63,941 bases of DNA, filler included, from Octopus bimaculoides (GCF_001194135.2; 6 parts of 6 records of this genome joined end to end with filler, not necessarily neighbours in it), one strand, 5' to 3'. Positions 1 to 13,233 are shown, numbered from the whole stretch's first letter. The notes: a model not told the origin generated them from the letters alone. Numbers and translations: made by a program.

Positions 1-959
1 TATTTACTTTTTTTTTATCTTAAAAGGTTTTCCCCCATAGTTCTTAAGTGCGTAATGTCAAAAAAATTGACCAAAGTCAGTCCGGAGTGGGGTGGTGAGG
101 TGGTGGTGGGGAGGGGGATTTGACCCCCACATTATTTCGAAGGCCATGGTAAAAAAAAATATAATAATCATTAAAACTTATTAAAACTTCCGTCGTTGAA
201 TGTTTTTTCGTCGTAATGTTGTCATCTCGCACAAAATGCCAGCTTCCAAATCCTGTTTTCTGACTGGGTAGAAATTATCATACTTTAAACCTCTGTAATA
301 TTTTTCTAAAATTTTTCTGGAACAACATCAGATTCAGCGTGTAAGACTACATTAATATACCTAATCTGAAAATTTTCACAGCTTTAAAATTTCAACCCAC
401 TGGTACCCTAGACTAATACTTTATTTATAGATCCTAGAAAGATGACAGGATTAGTTGGCCACGACGTGATTTGAACTGAAAACGAAAGGAGCTGGAAAAC
501 CACCACATGCTATTATTGTCCTGCACTCTAACGATTCTGCCAACTGCTGTTGTTTAAATGACACATGCTGACTCAGTGACGTATTTACAATGAACCAGTT
601 CCGGTGTATATATGTATATGTGTGTGTGTGTGTGACCTGTCTTCAAGGTTGAATCAGTTGAAACCAACCTCTTGAAAACGTGTTTGTCGTTAATGGCGAC
701 CATATTGTTTCGGGTTTGTTTCAGTAAAAAAATAGTCTTTATAACATGAGAGGGAGAACATATTAAACGTCGAAGATATTATTGTAGCTATCATTGCCGC
801 TGTTGCCACTACTATTGTTGTTGCTGTGTGTGTTGCAGTATTGGCATTGGTAGTGGCGTTCGTAATAGACCAGTCACGTGTTTTATGGGTCATGTTTATT
901 GAGGTGCTTTTTCTTCCTCTTTCTTCCGACTTTTCTTAAACACCTTCTTTTTTTCTGAC

Positions 960-1420
960 TTGATCATACTTCTTTCCCTTGTCTTCTTTTCTTTCCTTTC
1001 CTTACTTCTATCTTCCTTTTTGTTATTCTTTTTCTTTTATTTCCTTTTTTGTCTTTGTCATTTTCTTTCCTTTTCCTTGTTTAGTTTCTACTTGTTCTGT
1101 CGTCTCTCACTGCTCTTTCTCTTTTTTTCTCTTCTATCTACAACTTGTTGTTCTTGCTCTCCCCCTCCTCCCCTTCCTCTTCCACTTCTTCTGACTCCTC
1201 TTCCTCTTCTCTCCTTGCGTCTCTTGTTCCTCTTCTTCCGCCTCTTCCCCCTCCTTCTCTTCCTCACTTTCCATTTCTCTCTCCTCCTCCTTTATTTCTT
1301 TTTCTTTCTTTCGTTCTTTCTTTTTTACTCCTGTTTCACTTCTTCTCCTTCTCCTCCCCTTTCTTTTCCTTCTTTTCCTTCTTCTTCTTCTTCTTCTTCT
1401 TCTTCTTCTTCTTCTTCCCT
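960..1420. repeat. CT-rich low-complexity tract ending in (TTC)n
   Basis: Almost pure pyrimidine tract; the overlapping Leu/Phe/Ser-rich ORFs are compositional artefacts. Confidence 0.9.
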
Positions 1421-1627
1421 ATAGCCATTGTTGTCGTTATATAGTTTATTTTAATCCTATAAATAAATACTGTCAGTCCCCTTTTTCCAAAATTTTTATG
1501 GACCTTGTGAGAAAGCCACGTGGTTGACATCATTTTCACTCCATACTTACGTCACAATTCTATTCTATTAACAACCCCCACCCACCTCGATATTGGGGGG
1601 GTTAATAGAATAAATACCAGTCATATA

Positions 1628-1845
1628 ATATTCTTTCTACTATCGGTACAAGGCCTGAAATTTTGTGGGAGGGGGCCAGTATATTAGATCGACCACAGAG
1701 CGCAACTGGTATTTAATTTATCGACCCCGAAAGGATGAAAGGCAAAGTCGACTTCGATGGAATTTGAACTCGAAACGTAAGGACAGACGAAATACCGCTA
1801 AGCATTTCGCCCGGCGTGCTAACGATTCTGCCTGCTCACCGCCTT
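1628..1845 (-). mobile_element. SINE-B (tRNA-derived head, tail type ii)
   Basis: Reverse complement reads GGCGGTGAGCAGGCAGAATCGTTAGCACGCCGGGCGAAATGCTTAGCGG...GAGTTCAAATTCC...TTTGCCTTTCATCCTTTCGGGGTCGATAAATTAAATACCAG; A/B-box-like motifs; more than 10 copies in the window. Confidence 0.85.
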
Positions 1846-2009
1846 ACCAGTTATATAATATCGTCAGTTAATCAGCAATACTATTCAAATTCTAATTTAC
1901 AATTTTGCATTATTGTAGAAATTATCATCGTAGGTTAGCGAACGTCTATCAAATGCATTTGGAGCATGTGACAGTTGAATACATCTGGTTGTCAGCAAAG
2001 TCGATGCTT

Positions 2010-2610
2010 AGTTTTGTGTATGTGTTCTTTATCTTTGTATATGTATTCCTTATCCTTGTGCATGTGTTCCCTATGTTCGTGTATGTATTCCTTATCCTTG
2101 TGTATGCGTTCCGTATGTTTTTGTATGTGTCCCTTACCGTTGTGTATATGTTCCTTATTGTGTATGTGTCTTTTATGTTTCTGTGTATGTGTTCCTTATG
2201 CTCGTGTATGTGTTCCTTATGCTTATGTTTGCACTATTTATCTTTGTGTATGTGTTCTTTATCTCTGCGCATTTGTTCCTTATCCTTTTGTATGTGTTCC
2301 TTATGTTTGTGTATGTGTGCCTTATGCTTCCGTATACTTTTGTATATGTGTCCCTTACCCTTGTGCGTATGTGTTCCTCATCCTTATGTGTATGTGTTCC
2401 TTATGATTGTGTGTATATGTTCCTTATTGTGCATGTGTTCCCTATGTTTATGTGTATATATTCCTTACATTCGTGTATGTTCCTTTTGCTTATGTTTATA
2501 TTCTTTATATTTGTGTATGCTTTCTTTATCTTTGTGTACGTGTTTCTTATCTTTGTGCACGTGTTCCTTACCTTTGTGTATGTGTTCTTTATGCCTGTGT
2601 ATATGGTCCT
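2010..2610. repeat. Degenerate 21-bp minisatellite (consensus about TTCCTTATCCTTGTGTATGTG), roughly 28 units
   Basis: 21-nt periodicity is visible, with occasional 1-2 nt slips; explains the overlapping VYVFLIL / CMCSL / CVCVPY ORFs. Confidence 0.9.
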
Positions 2611-3117
2611 TGTGACAATCATCCTCACTAGCTTCCTTTGGCAAGGAAAGACATGCATTATGCTTTTTTTCTTGTGTCTCCGTTGAAAACTGATGATTGA
2701 TGGGCACGATTGAAAGAACTGAAGAGAGGTTTTTTTTTCCTTTTGGAATAAACCCTGGTGAAAGGCATTCCATCAGTGACCATTCCGTTTTTTGCCAAAC
2801 ATAATGTATCTAGTACTTTATTGTCCAGTATTATCTTTGATTTTTAAAACAGTAAAGTGTGATTTAAGGGACATTTGGCAACTATTTCTAGCATGACGAG
2901 CAATTATGTAGAGGCTCCCACGTCGGCTTGCAGGCTTCTTGATGTGTCGTTTTAGGTCATTTCAAAGGTGGGATTCCTATTCTCAAAGATTCAAGTTGTA
3001 GCTATAGTGGACTTGAGCAAAGTTAACTCTGTCCGAACATGACATGTTCTAATACCCGTTTTCAATAGCCATTACCGTTATATTGTTGTTGTCAATGTAG
3101 AAAGTTGTTGATCTTTA

Positions 3118-3277
3118 TCTTTTACCTTTTACTTGTTTCCGTCATTAGACTGTGGCCATGCTGGAGGCTCCAGTACATTTTTAAGCCTGGTACTTATTCT
3201 ATCGGTCACTGTTGCCGAACCATAAAGTTACAGGGATGCAAACACACCAACACCCGTTATCCAGCGGTGGTGGCGGA

Positions 3278-3361
<84 letters not shown>

Positions 3362-3487
3362 CTGTCTACCAAATCCACTCGCAAGGTTATAGTAGAAGAC
3401 ACTTGCTCAAGGTACCACATAGTGGGACTGAACCCGGAACTATGTGGTCATGAAGCAAGCTTCCTACCACACAGCCACGCCTGCACG
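3118..3487 (-). mobile_element. SINE-A, full length (tRNA head + CORE-like CCTTGRGCAAGTGTCTT + internal (TG)n + 3' tail)
   Basis: Head at about 3360-3487, (CA)n at 3279-3357, tail at 3118-3278 ending ...GACGGAAACAAGTAAAAG; the same order is seen at 42213-42745 and 45140-46631. Confidence 0.85.
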
Positions 3488-4008
3488 TGTATGATGTTTT
3501 GTTGTTTTTTGCTATTGTTGATGTTGTTCTTTCTAACTGCATTTAGTGTAGTGGTTGTTCCACAGTCATATAAATCAAATCAGTTTTTTTAAAAATTTAT
3601 TTGTTTACTTGTTAATAAACTTGTTTATTTGTTTGTTTACAAATTCTTTTACGCTGAAGCTCTAACAAATGTCTTATACTCTATATCCCATTGACCGTGC
3701 GACCATTACCGACATCATTATAATACTATTTAGCTTTACTAAGTTAGAAACAATTGGCTATTGCTGAAAAAAATTAAAAGGTTGCACCTGCAAATACCGT
3801 AAGCTGCAAATATTTAGTCAAGGAGAACAACTGTGGCATTCAGTTGTTTATTTTCAATTTCCTGTCAGGAAGAATTAATTATAACAGATTTATACGCAGA
3901 AGGGCAATGAAATAGTAATAAATTACTTGTGCGCATGTCCCCTTTGTATTTGGAGGAATTTGATTGATATGTGTGCATGCATGTGTGTGTGCATGTGTGT
4001 GTTGTGTG

Positions 4009-4039
<31 letters not shown>

Positions 4040-4139
4040 NNNNNNNNNNNNNNNNNNNNNNNNNNNNNNNNNNNNNNNNNNNNNNNNNNNNNNNNNNNNN
4101 NNNNNNNNNNNNNNNNNNNNNNNNNNNNNNNNNNNNNNN

Positions 4140-4157
4140 TGTGGCTAATAAAGAAAC

Positions 4158-4186
<29 letters not shown>
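4140..4186 (+). mobile_element. 3' terminus of a Tx1/L1-like LINE followed by (CTAT)n
   Basis: TGTGGCTAATAAAGAAAC directly after a gap matches the end at 46358-46375; followed by CTAT repeats. Confidence 0.55.
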
Positions 4187-4189
<3 letters not shown>

Positions 4190-4937
4190 GTCTGTCAGCT
4201 GCCTGTCTTTATCCGTTTATACCTATCGATTAATAAGATGTACTTATGTTTTAATATAGTGCGATGTATAAATGTGTATACACTGTATGTGTATGCATAC
4301 ATCTAAAGTGTGTGAGTGTAAGGGTGTATTTGTGTATTTGTGTATGTGTATATTGCACTTGTTTGTGTGTGTGTGTGTGTGTTACAAATGTAAGTACAAG
4401 TATCCGACAGTATTTGACACACATCTGCCAAGTTAATTCCCCAAGATTACAGCATACAGTTGCTCTTTTATGTTATCGATCATCATTGTCCATTATTGCC
4501 GTTGTTATTATTGCTACGGCCGTTGCTGTTGTTATATTTTAAAGTTTCATGCATCTTTCTACTATACTACCAGATAGATGTTCCTTCTGTATCTTAAGTG
4601 TACGAAGTATGAAGTCTTTTAGTCGTGCAATATTGCGTTCTTATGTTATATCTACGTTGTTACGTTGTGGTACTTGTTTCATTGATTATGGTGTTATTTT
4701 AATGTTCTAAGACGATATGCGCGATGTGAATAAAAAGTTCTTGTTTTGTTGAATAGAAAATTATGGAGACCGCAGAGTATTTGCTATATCTGTTGTGTTA
4801 TATAATAGGGTAGCAATGTATAAAATGTGATTTGTGTGGGCGTGAGTTGTTGATGTAACAAGTGTCGATTATATAAAAGTATATGTTGATTTATTTTACG
4901 GATTGTGCTATTTCATGCGATTATTATTGAGTTGAGT

Positions 4938-5250
4938 AAGGTGGCGAGCTTGCGGAATCGTTAGCACGCTAGACAAAATGTTTAGCGGCATTTCGTCCGT
5001 CTTCATGTTCTGAGTTCAAATTCCGTCGAAGTCCACTTTGCCTTTCATCTTTTCAGGGTCAATGAAATAAATACCAGTCGAGCACTGGGGTTGATGTAAT
5101 CGACTTACCCCACTCACCCAAAACTGCTGGCCTTGTGCCAAAATTTGAAACCGTTATCATCGTGCAGAAGAAAGGCGGTTATCTGACAGAATCGTTAGCA
5201 CGCTGAACAAAATTCTTAGCGCCATTTTGTCCATCTTTACGTTCTGAGTT
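4938..5250 (+). mobile_element. SINE-B (tail type ii) followed by a second head-only SINE-B copy
   Basis: GGTGGCGAGCTTGCGGAATCGTTAGCACG...GGCCTTGTGCCAAAATTTGAAACC; second head at 5172-5250 is followed by (GTAG)n. Confidence 0.85.
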
Positions 5251-5603
5251 AGGTAGGTAGGTAGGTAGGTAGGGAGTAGGTAGGTAGATTGACAGATATA
5301 GAAAAATATTTTTGTATAGAAAAATAGAAATAAATCGACAGGATTCTACATAGTTTCCGTCAACCAAATTCATTAGTGCTTATAGAACATAAGTACACAA
5401 CCATGCGTTGTTGCTTAGTGTATTGAACATGGAGGGATAAAATGCAAAGTTAGAATCAACTTATGCTGAATTTAAATTCAAGCGGGGATGGACAGCATTA
5501 GATACCATGAGGTACTAAGTTCAATAGTCTACTGTTTAAACCACGTATCAGCAAAATCAATACGCAGTCGAAGAAAAAAAAAAGGCAATAATTTTGTAAT
5601 TTT

Positions 5604-5615
5604 CATTATAAAAAT
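5604..5615 (+). promoter_or_regulatory. TATA-like element about 25-30 nt upstream of the tRNA gene
   Basis: CATTATAAAAAT at the usual position for a Pol III upstream TATA; the context is AT-rich so it may be chance. Confidence 0.4.
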
Positions 5616-5634
5616 AGTTCTATTCTCTACAGCC

Positions 5635-5716
5635 GACGAGGTGGCCGAGTGGTTAAGGCGATGGACTGCTAATCCATTGGGGTCTCCCCGCGTGAGTTCG
5701 AATCTCATCCTCGTCG
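5635..5716 (+). tRNA. tRNA-Ser(GCT): tRNA-Ser(GCT), intact 82 nt
   Basis: Acceptor GACGAGG/CCTCGTC + discriminator G; D arm GCC/GGC; anticodon arm ATGGA-CTGCTAA-TCCAT (GCT at 5668-5670); long variable arm GGGG-TCT-CCCC; T arm GTGAG-TTCGAAT-CTCAT; TTTT terminator at about 5723. Confidence 0.97.
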
Positions 5717-6334
5717 TATAAATTTTGCATTCACTTTTATTTTATTTGTTCTCTAGTATCAAGAGCCATACGATGCAGGTTTGATTCTCGCTTTATGAAA
5801 TCTTAATTTCGTTTACTTTTAGGAAAGAAGGGACATCAGAATATTCCATTTAACCTTACTTTCTCCGAAATCTTGGTAGAGATTAAGGAGAATGTTCATG
5901 TTCACCTTCAATAACAACAACAAATCTTAGTGAACCAACATGATGGAGTCTCAAGAGCACAGCTGCAACATATGGAGTGTCATCGGCACTTTTTATAGAA
6001 CTGGTGGAGTCTGTTCCTCACCAGCCCTTAACATGGTTAATTTGCTCCAGAAAGTGAGACAAAGGGACAGATAGAAAGTAAGGGCGAACGAAAGCGAAGG
6101 ATATCGATTCCGAAAGGATGAAAGGTAAAATGACTTCGGTAGGATTTGAACTCAGAACACAGGAACGGTTACTGCAAAGTAATCTAGCCGACGCTCAAGC
6201 GACTCTGCCATTTGGCCACCATCTCAAATAATCGCGAGAAATCTAATGTTAGATGGATCAATTTCGCCATAAACCCATCTTTCGGGGATCTATGTGACCA
6301 ACGTAGTGCTTCATTCAAGCCAGTTTGGTTTCAC

Positions 6335-6690
6335 CTGTCTAAAAGGGTAAGGGTAACGACGCCCTTCGGTTACGAATGACCATGGGATTGCACCTAGAAA
6401 GTTCTCCTCCAAGGCACAAGTACGGGTAAGGCTGTTTTTATGGAAGACCAGAAGTTACTCATGCATGCCAGCCTCCCCTCTCCATACCACCGACGTTATC
6501 CGAGGGCAAGGCAAAAAATACAGCTTGGCATTAGAAACTTCGCAGCTCATTTCTACTGCTGAGTGAACTGGAGCAATGTGAAATAAAGAGTCTTGCTCAA
6601 GAACACAACACACAGCCCGGTCCGGGAATCGAACTCACTACCTCACGATTGTGAGCCTGACACTCTAATCACCGAGCCATGCGCCACACC
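6335..6690 (-). mobile_element. SINE-C (tRNA-derived, CORE-like domain)
   Basis: Reverse complement starts GGCGCATGGCTCGGTGATTAGAGTG...GAGTTCGATTCCCGG...TGTTCTTGAGCAAGACTCTTTATTTCACATTGCTCCAG; related piece at 42845-43015. Confidence 0.75.
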
Positions 6691-7238
6691 TTTATTATAT
6701 CAGGAAATTGAAGGCAACTTCGGACTACCCACGGGACACTAACCCTAATTTTCAGCTAATGAAAACGAGCCCTGTACATGATTTGCAATGGTTCTTTTTC
6801 TTTTTATTCACCCCCAAAAGGATGAAATTGGGACCTAAATAAAAGACTTCTTTATAGTTTATGTCCATCACACTACACTCCTAAAATATTGTCTAAATCG
6901 ACATTTCCTCAAGTATTCGATAATAACAGTAAAGCGATATGGGAGTCGTACGGACATGCAATAAAGGAGCACTAAATATACAATGCCTAATAACAATAAA
7001 ACAGTACGGCCACAGCTGGAACTCTTTTGATCATCATTCTGAGAGTATGAAGGCTGACTTGGAGTTAGGCAATCATTCTAAGCGTATGAAGGTTGACTTC
7101 GTGCTAGACAGTAGTTACGTACACAACATCCCCACCCACCAATTATATTTGTATCTGTTTGTTTACTTTTGTGTAACTTATTCATAACACTGTTTATCTA
7201 TGTGCGCTTCAGCATGGCATTGAACATTGACCCAAAAC

Positions 7239-7284
<46 letters not shown>

Positions 7285-7294
7285 NNNNNNNNNN

Positions 7295-7340
<46 letters not shown>

Positions 7341-8189
7341 CAATAGCTACAACATTATTAACAGTGTAATAGGAGCAATAACAATATAAGCAACAATGCC
7401 AGCAAAGAACTAGATTAAGATCTACAGAAACAGAAGTAACAACATCATCACCAACAACAAAAGCAGATACAAACACAATTAACAGCTCCACTACGATCAT
7501 CGCCACCACTACCACTACCAACGACAACAGAGGAAATGAAAAAGCGTTAATTGATCTTTTCCTTTTGGCCGGCACATAGAAAAAAATAATTTTTTGCAAC
7601 TAAACACTTTCAAATTTCGTATCCTGGTGTCATTTAAAACATCATTTACTCTTGGCGTTTTTAAGAAAATTCTTTATTTTCGAAGTTATTTCGTGTTAAA
7701 GTTGTCGTATTTCGGTAATTTCAACCAATCAATGACGTCTATTGAGGTGAAAACAATTACTGCTGTGGTTTGTCAACAAGACGTTCTGGCGGTGTAAATT
7801 TACTTTGTCATTGTTNNNNNNNNNNNNNNNNNNNNNNNNNNNNNNNNNNNNNNNNNNNNNNNNNNNNNNNNNNNNNNNNNNNNNNNNNNNNNNNNNNNNN
7901 NNNNNNNNNNNNNNNNNNNNNNNNNNNNNNNNNNNNNNNNNNNNNNNNNNNNNNNNNNNNNNNNNNNNNNNNNNNNNNNNNNNNNNNNNNNNNNNNNNNN
8001 NNNNNNNNNNNNNNNNNNNNNNNNNNNNNNNNNNNNNNNNNNNNNNNNNNNNNNNNNNNNNNNNNNNNNNNNNNNNNNNNNNNNNNNNNNNNNNNNNNNN
8101 NNNNNNNNNNNNNNNNNNNNNNNNNNNNNNNNNNNNNNNNNNNNNNNNNNNNNNNNNNNNNNNTATATATATATATGTATGTATGTATG

Positions 8190-8288
8190 TATTTGTGTGT
8201 GAGTCTGTATTTGTCTCCCCTCCATCGCTTGACAACCGATGTTGGTGTATTTAGGTCCCCGTAATATAGCGGTTCGGCAAAAGACACA
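8190..8288 (+). mobile_element. SINE-A tail fragment interrupted by an R4-like element
   Basis: TTTGTCTCCCCTCCATCGCTTGACAACCGATGTTGGTGTATTTAGGTCCCCGTAATATAGCGGTTCGGCAAAAGA matches the SINE-A tail. Confidence 0.75.
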
Positions 8289-8912
8289 ACAGAGTTATTC
8301 ACCGACACAACAGAGTTGGGACCTACATACACTGAAAGCTATGCCAATACTATGGAATAACAACAGAAAAAAGATGGTATAAGCACACTCAGAAAAGGTT
8401 ACAGAAAATGAGAAAGCAACCATACTATGGGATATGCCAATACATACAGACAGAGAAATTAAGGTCAATAGGCCAGATATAGTTGTCAGAGATCATGAAG
8501 AAAAAAATTGCTTCCTAATTGATGTATCAATACCAACAGATGAGAACGTTTCTCTAAAAGAAATGGGGAAACTTTCAAAATACAAAGACCTGGAAATAGA
8601 GATAACTCGAATGTGAAGCCTAAAAACAGAAACAATTCCTATCATAGTAGGTGCCTTAGGTATAATAAAAAATATTCAGACAAATACATAACAAAAACAT
8701 CAGGACTAACAAATATATATAATATGCAGAAAATAGCACTACTAGGTATTGCACACATCTTACGTAAAACACTTTTAATACAGTAACCATAAGAGCATCA
8801 CAGCAGACCACAGCACATACCTAAGACACACAGAGCTGCGCTTGGTAGTGCAGTGAAAGCACGTTATAAGAATAAGACCGCTGACTAATAATAATAATAA
8901 TAATAATAATAA
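8289..8912 (+). mobile_element. R4/Dong-like non-LTR retrotransposon 3' fragment (CCHC + restriction-like endonuclease), (TAA)n tail
   Basis: HNRVGTYIH*KLCQYYGI...ILWDMPIHTDREIKVNRPDIVVRDHEEKNCFLIDVSIP...KYKDLEIEI...IVGALG; ends in TAA repeats; stops and frameshifts present. Confidence 0.85.
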
Positions 8913-9273
8913 TATCAGGAAGACATTACACGTGATAAAAATAAGACTACTGAATAACACTAATGCTGCTGCTGCTGATGATGATGATGAGTTCATTTAT
9001 TTGCCACAAGGGCGAAAGATGAGAGGGACAATACAAAGACAGATATAAAGTGTTGGGGTTTACATATAATGAAATAATAAAAAGAAAGTTAAGTATACTC
9101 TGCATACACTGAAAAAGAAGCGACATCTACAAAGTGTACAAAAGTTTAAAAAAAAAAGAGGTGGGGAATAAAAAAAAAATTTTTTTAAATGACAAAATCT
9201 ACCAGGTCATCGCCTCTCGATGAAAATTATAATGATGATGATGAAGATGAATTCTTGCATATATGTAGAGATA

Positions 9274-9312
<39 letters not shown>

Positions 9313-9655
9313 NNNNNNNNNNNNNNNNNNNNNNNNNNNNNNNNNNNNNNNNNNNNNNNNNNNNNNNNNNNNNNNNNNNNNNNNNNNNNNNNNNNNNNNN
9401 NNNNNNNNNNNNNNNNNNNNNNNNNNNNNNNNNNNNNNNNNNNNNNNNNNNNNNNNNNNNNNNNNNNNNNNNNNNNNNNNNNNNNNNNNNNNNNNNNNNN
9501 NNNNNNNNNNNNNNNNNNNNNNNNNNNNNNNNNNNNNNNNNNNNNNNNNNNNNNNNNNNNNNNNNNNNNNNNNNNNNNNNNNNNNNNNNNNNNNNNNNNN
9601 NNNNNNNNNNNNNNNNNNNNNNNNNNNNNNNNNNNNNNNNNNNNNNNNNNNNNNN

Positions 9656-9702
<47 letters not shown>

Positions 9703-9745
9703 TACATACATACATATATACATACATATACACACATACACACAC

Positions 9746-9813
<68 letters not shown>
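9656..9813. repeat. (GATA)n / (TACA)n compound microsatellite
   Basis: Direct reading. Confidence 0.95.
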
Positions 9814-9815
<2 letters not shown>

Positions 9816-11015
9816 AAATCCAATCTGACCTGCTAGGAAACTCAGATACATAATATCCTTTTCTGTCTCGTCTAGGTTTTTCCAGTGGCTGAGATAACAT
9901 CCAAGAGTGGGGCTCACGGGTCGAGCCACCACATACTTGCCGTGTCTTCCCGATAGTCTCGTTTTGTTCGTCATTTTGATTCACTCTTCACAAAATCCGG
10001 AGCCTTCAAACCAAAGGTTATGTTATCCTTTAATTAGTTTCCCTGTTGGATTCGAAACTACTCCTTAGTTTTTCTTTTGCTATAAAACTATTAACTCTTT
10101 GCCAATCCAAAAGTATTTTCAAAAGTTTGTCCAAAACGTTTATGCTTGTTTTCAAACTTTTACTCCAGCCTTTGCTTCATACGTTCTGATAAACATAAAG
10201 CCTTCTTTTCATAAGTCTTAAATTACTCTGGTGGTCGAAAAAAATATTGGGAATGCGTATCATAAATGAACACCAGGGTAATATGTCCCGTGTATCATGT
10301 AATGCACAACAGGCAAAAGGTTAATGAATTAAGTCTGGGAGTAATGAAGGCTTTACTGTTGCAAGTGTTGTTTTTGCTGTAGTTAGTTGTTTTGTTGTTG
10401 AAAGTATGGGTAAGTATTTGTTACTTAACGAAAGTAAAAGTGAAAATAGAAAAATTCTTCAAAGAGACATTAAGTTTGTTCTCTGCCAACATACAAGAGG
10501 CTTGTGTGCTACCGTGTTTCTCTTACTCTCTTCTTGTAACGAAGATGCTGGTAGATATAGGGAGTGGATGAAGAATGTAAGCAACCACCTGCTAGAGACA
10601 ATTAAACTCCTGTCTTCTTCTTCTTCTTCTTCTTCTTCTTCTTCTTCTTCTTCACTTCCTTCATCATCTTCTTCAATTTCTCTTCCCCTCTTCTTCATCT
10701 CCTCCTCCTCCTCCACCTCATCATCTTCATCTTCATCAGCATCATTATCATTATCCCGTTTCCTTTCGAATCTTCTTAAATTTCTTCTGCATTTTGTTGT
10801 TTATGTTGTTATTTCTGGGGAGGTGGGGTTGCATCATTGTTGAGGGTAAAGCCGTTTTGTTTGTGACAAGTATGACCTTACCCGATAGTGACAGCTTTTA
10901 TTCTATATATACAATATATTATGTTTGTGTGCATGTACGGATTTATGTGTGTGTGTGTGTATATGTATGTATGTATGTATGTATGTATATGTAAGTATGC
11001 GTGCGTTCATACATG

Positions 11016-11058
<43 letters not shown>

Positions 11059-11329
11059 GCAAGGAAGTTGATTTTAATCAGCCAATGTCAGGTATAAGCG
11101 ATCTTCAATTAAAGATGTAACACGCCAAGTGAAACACCAACAATAATGTCAAATTGTTTCGTGGCAGTTACAAACGTCTTCTTTTCTCAACGATAATCCG
11201 GCTTAACACGACCATAAACCCAGAATCAAATCTTAATCGATATCTTGATTTATCATCTTAGCTTAATCGTTATTTTCATTGTCATTACCATCATCGTACA
11301 TATCAACATTATTTTTTTCATTTACTGCC

Positions 11330-11780
11330 TTCACTATCACCACCACCACCACCACCATCATAATCATCATCGTCGTCATCGTCGTCGTTGTTGTCATTTT
11401 CATTACCATCATTATCATCTTTACCAACACTATCACCATCATCTTCGTTACCCCCACCACCACCACCACCACCGCCACCACCACCACTACCACCACCACC
11501 ATCACCACCATCACCACCACCACTCCACCACTACCACTCCACCACCACCACCACCACCATCACCATCATAATCATCATCGTCATAATCATCGTTACCATC
11601 ATCATCGCCATCATCCTAATTATTATAACCATCATAACCAGCACCACCATCATCATCCTCGTCATCGTAATCATCATCAACAACAACATCTACACTACTA
11701 CTATTACCAGCACGACCACAAACACCACAATCCCTATAATCACAGTCACCATTATCACCGCTATTGTTCATTCTCATCAC
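11330..11780. repeat. (CAC)n/(CAT)n trinucleotide low-complexity tract
   Basis: Direct reading; generates poly-His/Thr/Pro pseudo-ORFs. Confidence 0.9.
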
Positions 11781-13198
11781 AAGCCTTATTAGTGTCATAA
11801 TTACCACCATTATTAACGTCATCATTAATACCTTCAAGGTCGACTATAATTTTCCATACGAACTGTACACTGGGGAGGGTTGAATAGGGTGTCTCTTCCA
11901 GGTCAGATAATTTGTGGATGGGGTGAGTGAGAGTAAGTCGATCACACGTACTGATAATAGTGACTGATATATTCTATATATTCTACCAACCACGGAAGGA
12001 TAAAAGGCTAAGGTGAATTTGGCGAGATTTGAACTCGCAAAAGAGTAAAGAATAGCATGGAATTTCGCAAAGAATTCTGTCCTCAATTCTTCAAAGTCTA
12101 CCAAAATAATGATAATAATAATTTCTATCATAAGCACAAGGCTAGACATTTGTTAGTCAGTTAAATGGAATCCAGTGTTTGTCTGGTATTTTGTTTTTAG
12201 GCCTTCTTCCCTACGCCGTCCATCTCACCTGTATTTCTACGCCCATGTCTGGAATGACCTTATGATTTTATGATGGCCAAAAGGATTTGCAAGTCCATCC
12301 TGACTTTTCTTGACTCATTATTTCCTCATTACCTTGGATTTCACAATCTACTCATATTGCGCTACAAAGATAACAACGAGCTACGAATTCCTGTGTTGCC
12401 TTGACCCATGTACAGTAGCGAAAGTATTATGTAAGACTGGGTCATACCATTCCAGATTCTCGCTCAATAAAGAAAAAGCTTTGCCATAATCGGCTAGTTC
12501 CTGTTTTTTTTTATAGTTTTTCAAGGGTATGTAAATAGCCCCTACTAGTTTGGAGGAGCCATAAGTAAATAAACTTTCTTCTTTCTGGGACTTAGAGAAA
12601 AATCTCCCGATAAGGAAAGAGACGTAACAGAGTCTCACCAGACTTGTGTCTCTATCCTGTTCAGATTCAGAATCTGCCTACTTCTTGTGACGTTTGCGAA
12701 CGGACGTTGTGCATTGCTACAGATGCTGTTTTAATTGCTACCGTTGCGTGAGCCTTCAAATAAATTTTTGTGTCAGAAACACCAAACATTTTTTTTTATT
12801 GTTTATAAAATTTCATGTTTTCGTTTCTAAAATTTCTCTTATTCTGCGTGTATGTGTTGTATGTAGACATTTGTTTGTGTGTGTGTGTGTGAGGGGGGTG
12901 GGGGTGGACGAGCAACCTTCATTACAAAATGTCGACCGCGCATTTTCTATCAACTATTGGCTAGCGAGCTAAGTTTTTCCAAAATGTCTTTACGTGAATA
13001 TGACAGAAAATGGGGTAACATAAATTCCTCAACTCCTTCAATAACAATTCTGCGCAATAATGAACAAATAGTTATCCAATTTCTGCAGCTCTCGACAAAA
13101 TATAATCCTTGGAATGGAACACAGATGATTTCTAACATTCGCACCAGATAACAAATTTTTTAAGGGGAAAAGTATAATCATTAAAAATAATCCAATGC

Positions 13199-13233
<35 letters not shown>

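Noticed and set aside
1-400. Possible DNA-transposon or MITE end (similar-looking sequence at 13850-14145)
   Set aside because: No matching TIR or TSD identifiable within the window
960-1539. Hydrophobic Leu/Phe-rich and Lys-rich ORFs
   Set aside because: Translations of a CT-rich low-complexity tract
1905-2686. Cys-rich or transmembrane-like plus-strand ORFs (236, 143, 167 aa)
   Set aside because: Three overlapping frames of one 21-bp G/T-rich minisatellite
7033-7110. 39-bp diverged tandem duplication
   Set aside because: Only two units, probably a local duplication of decayed repeat sequence; no further structure
11245-11837. Poly-His, poly-Thr and poly-Pro ORFs
   Set aside because: All frames are open over a CAC/CAT microsatellite; no splice or codon evidence
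12670-12760. Minus-strand peptide ending ...QEVGRF* as an RFamide precursor
   Set aside because: No amidation Gly, no dibasic cleavage sites, no signal peptide
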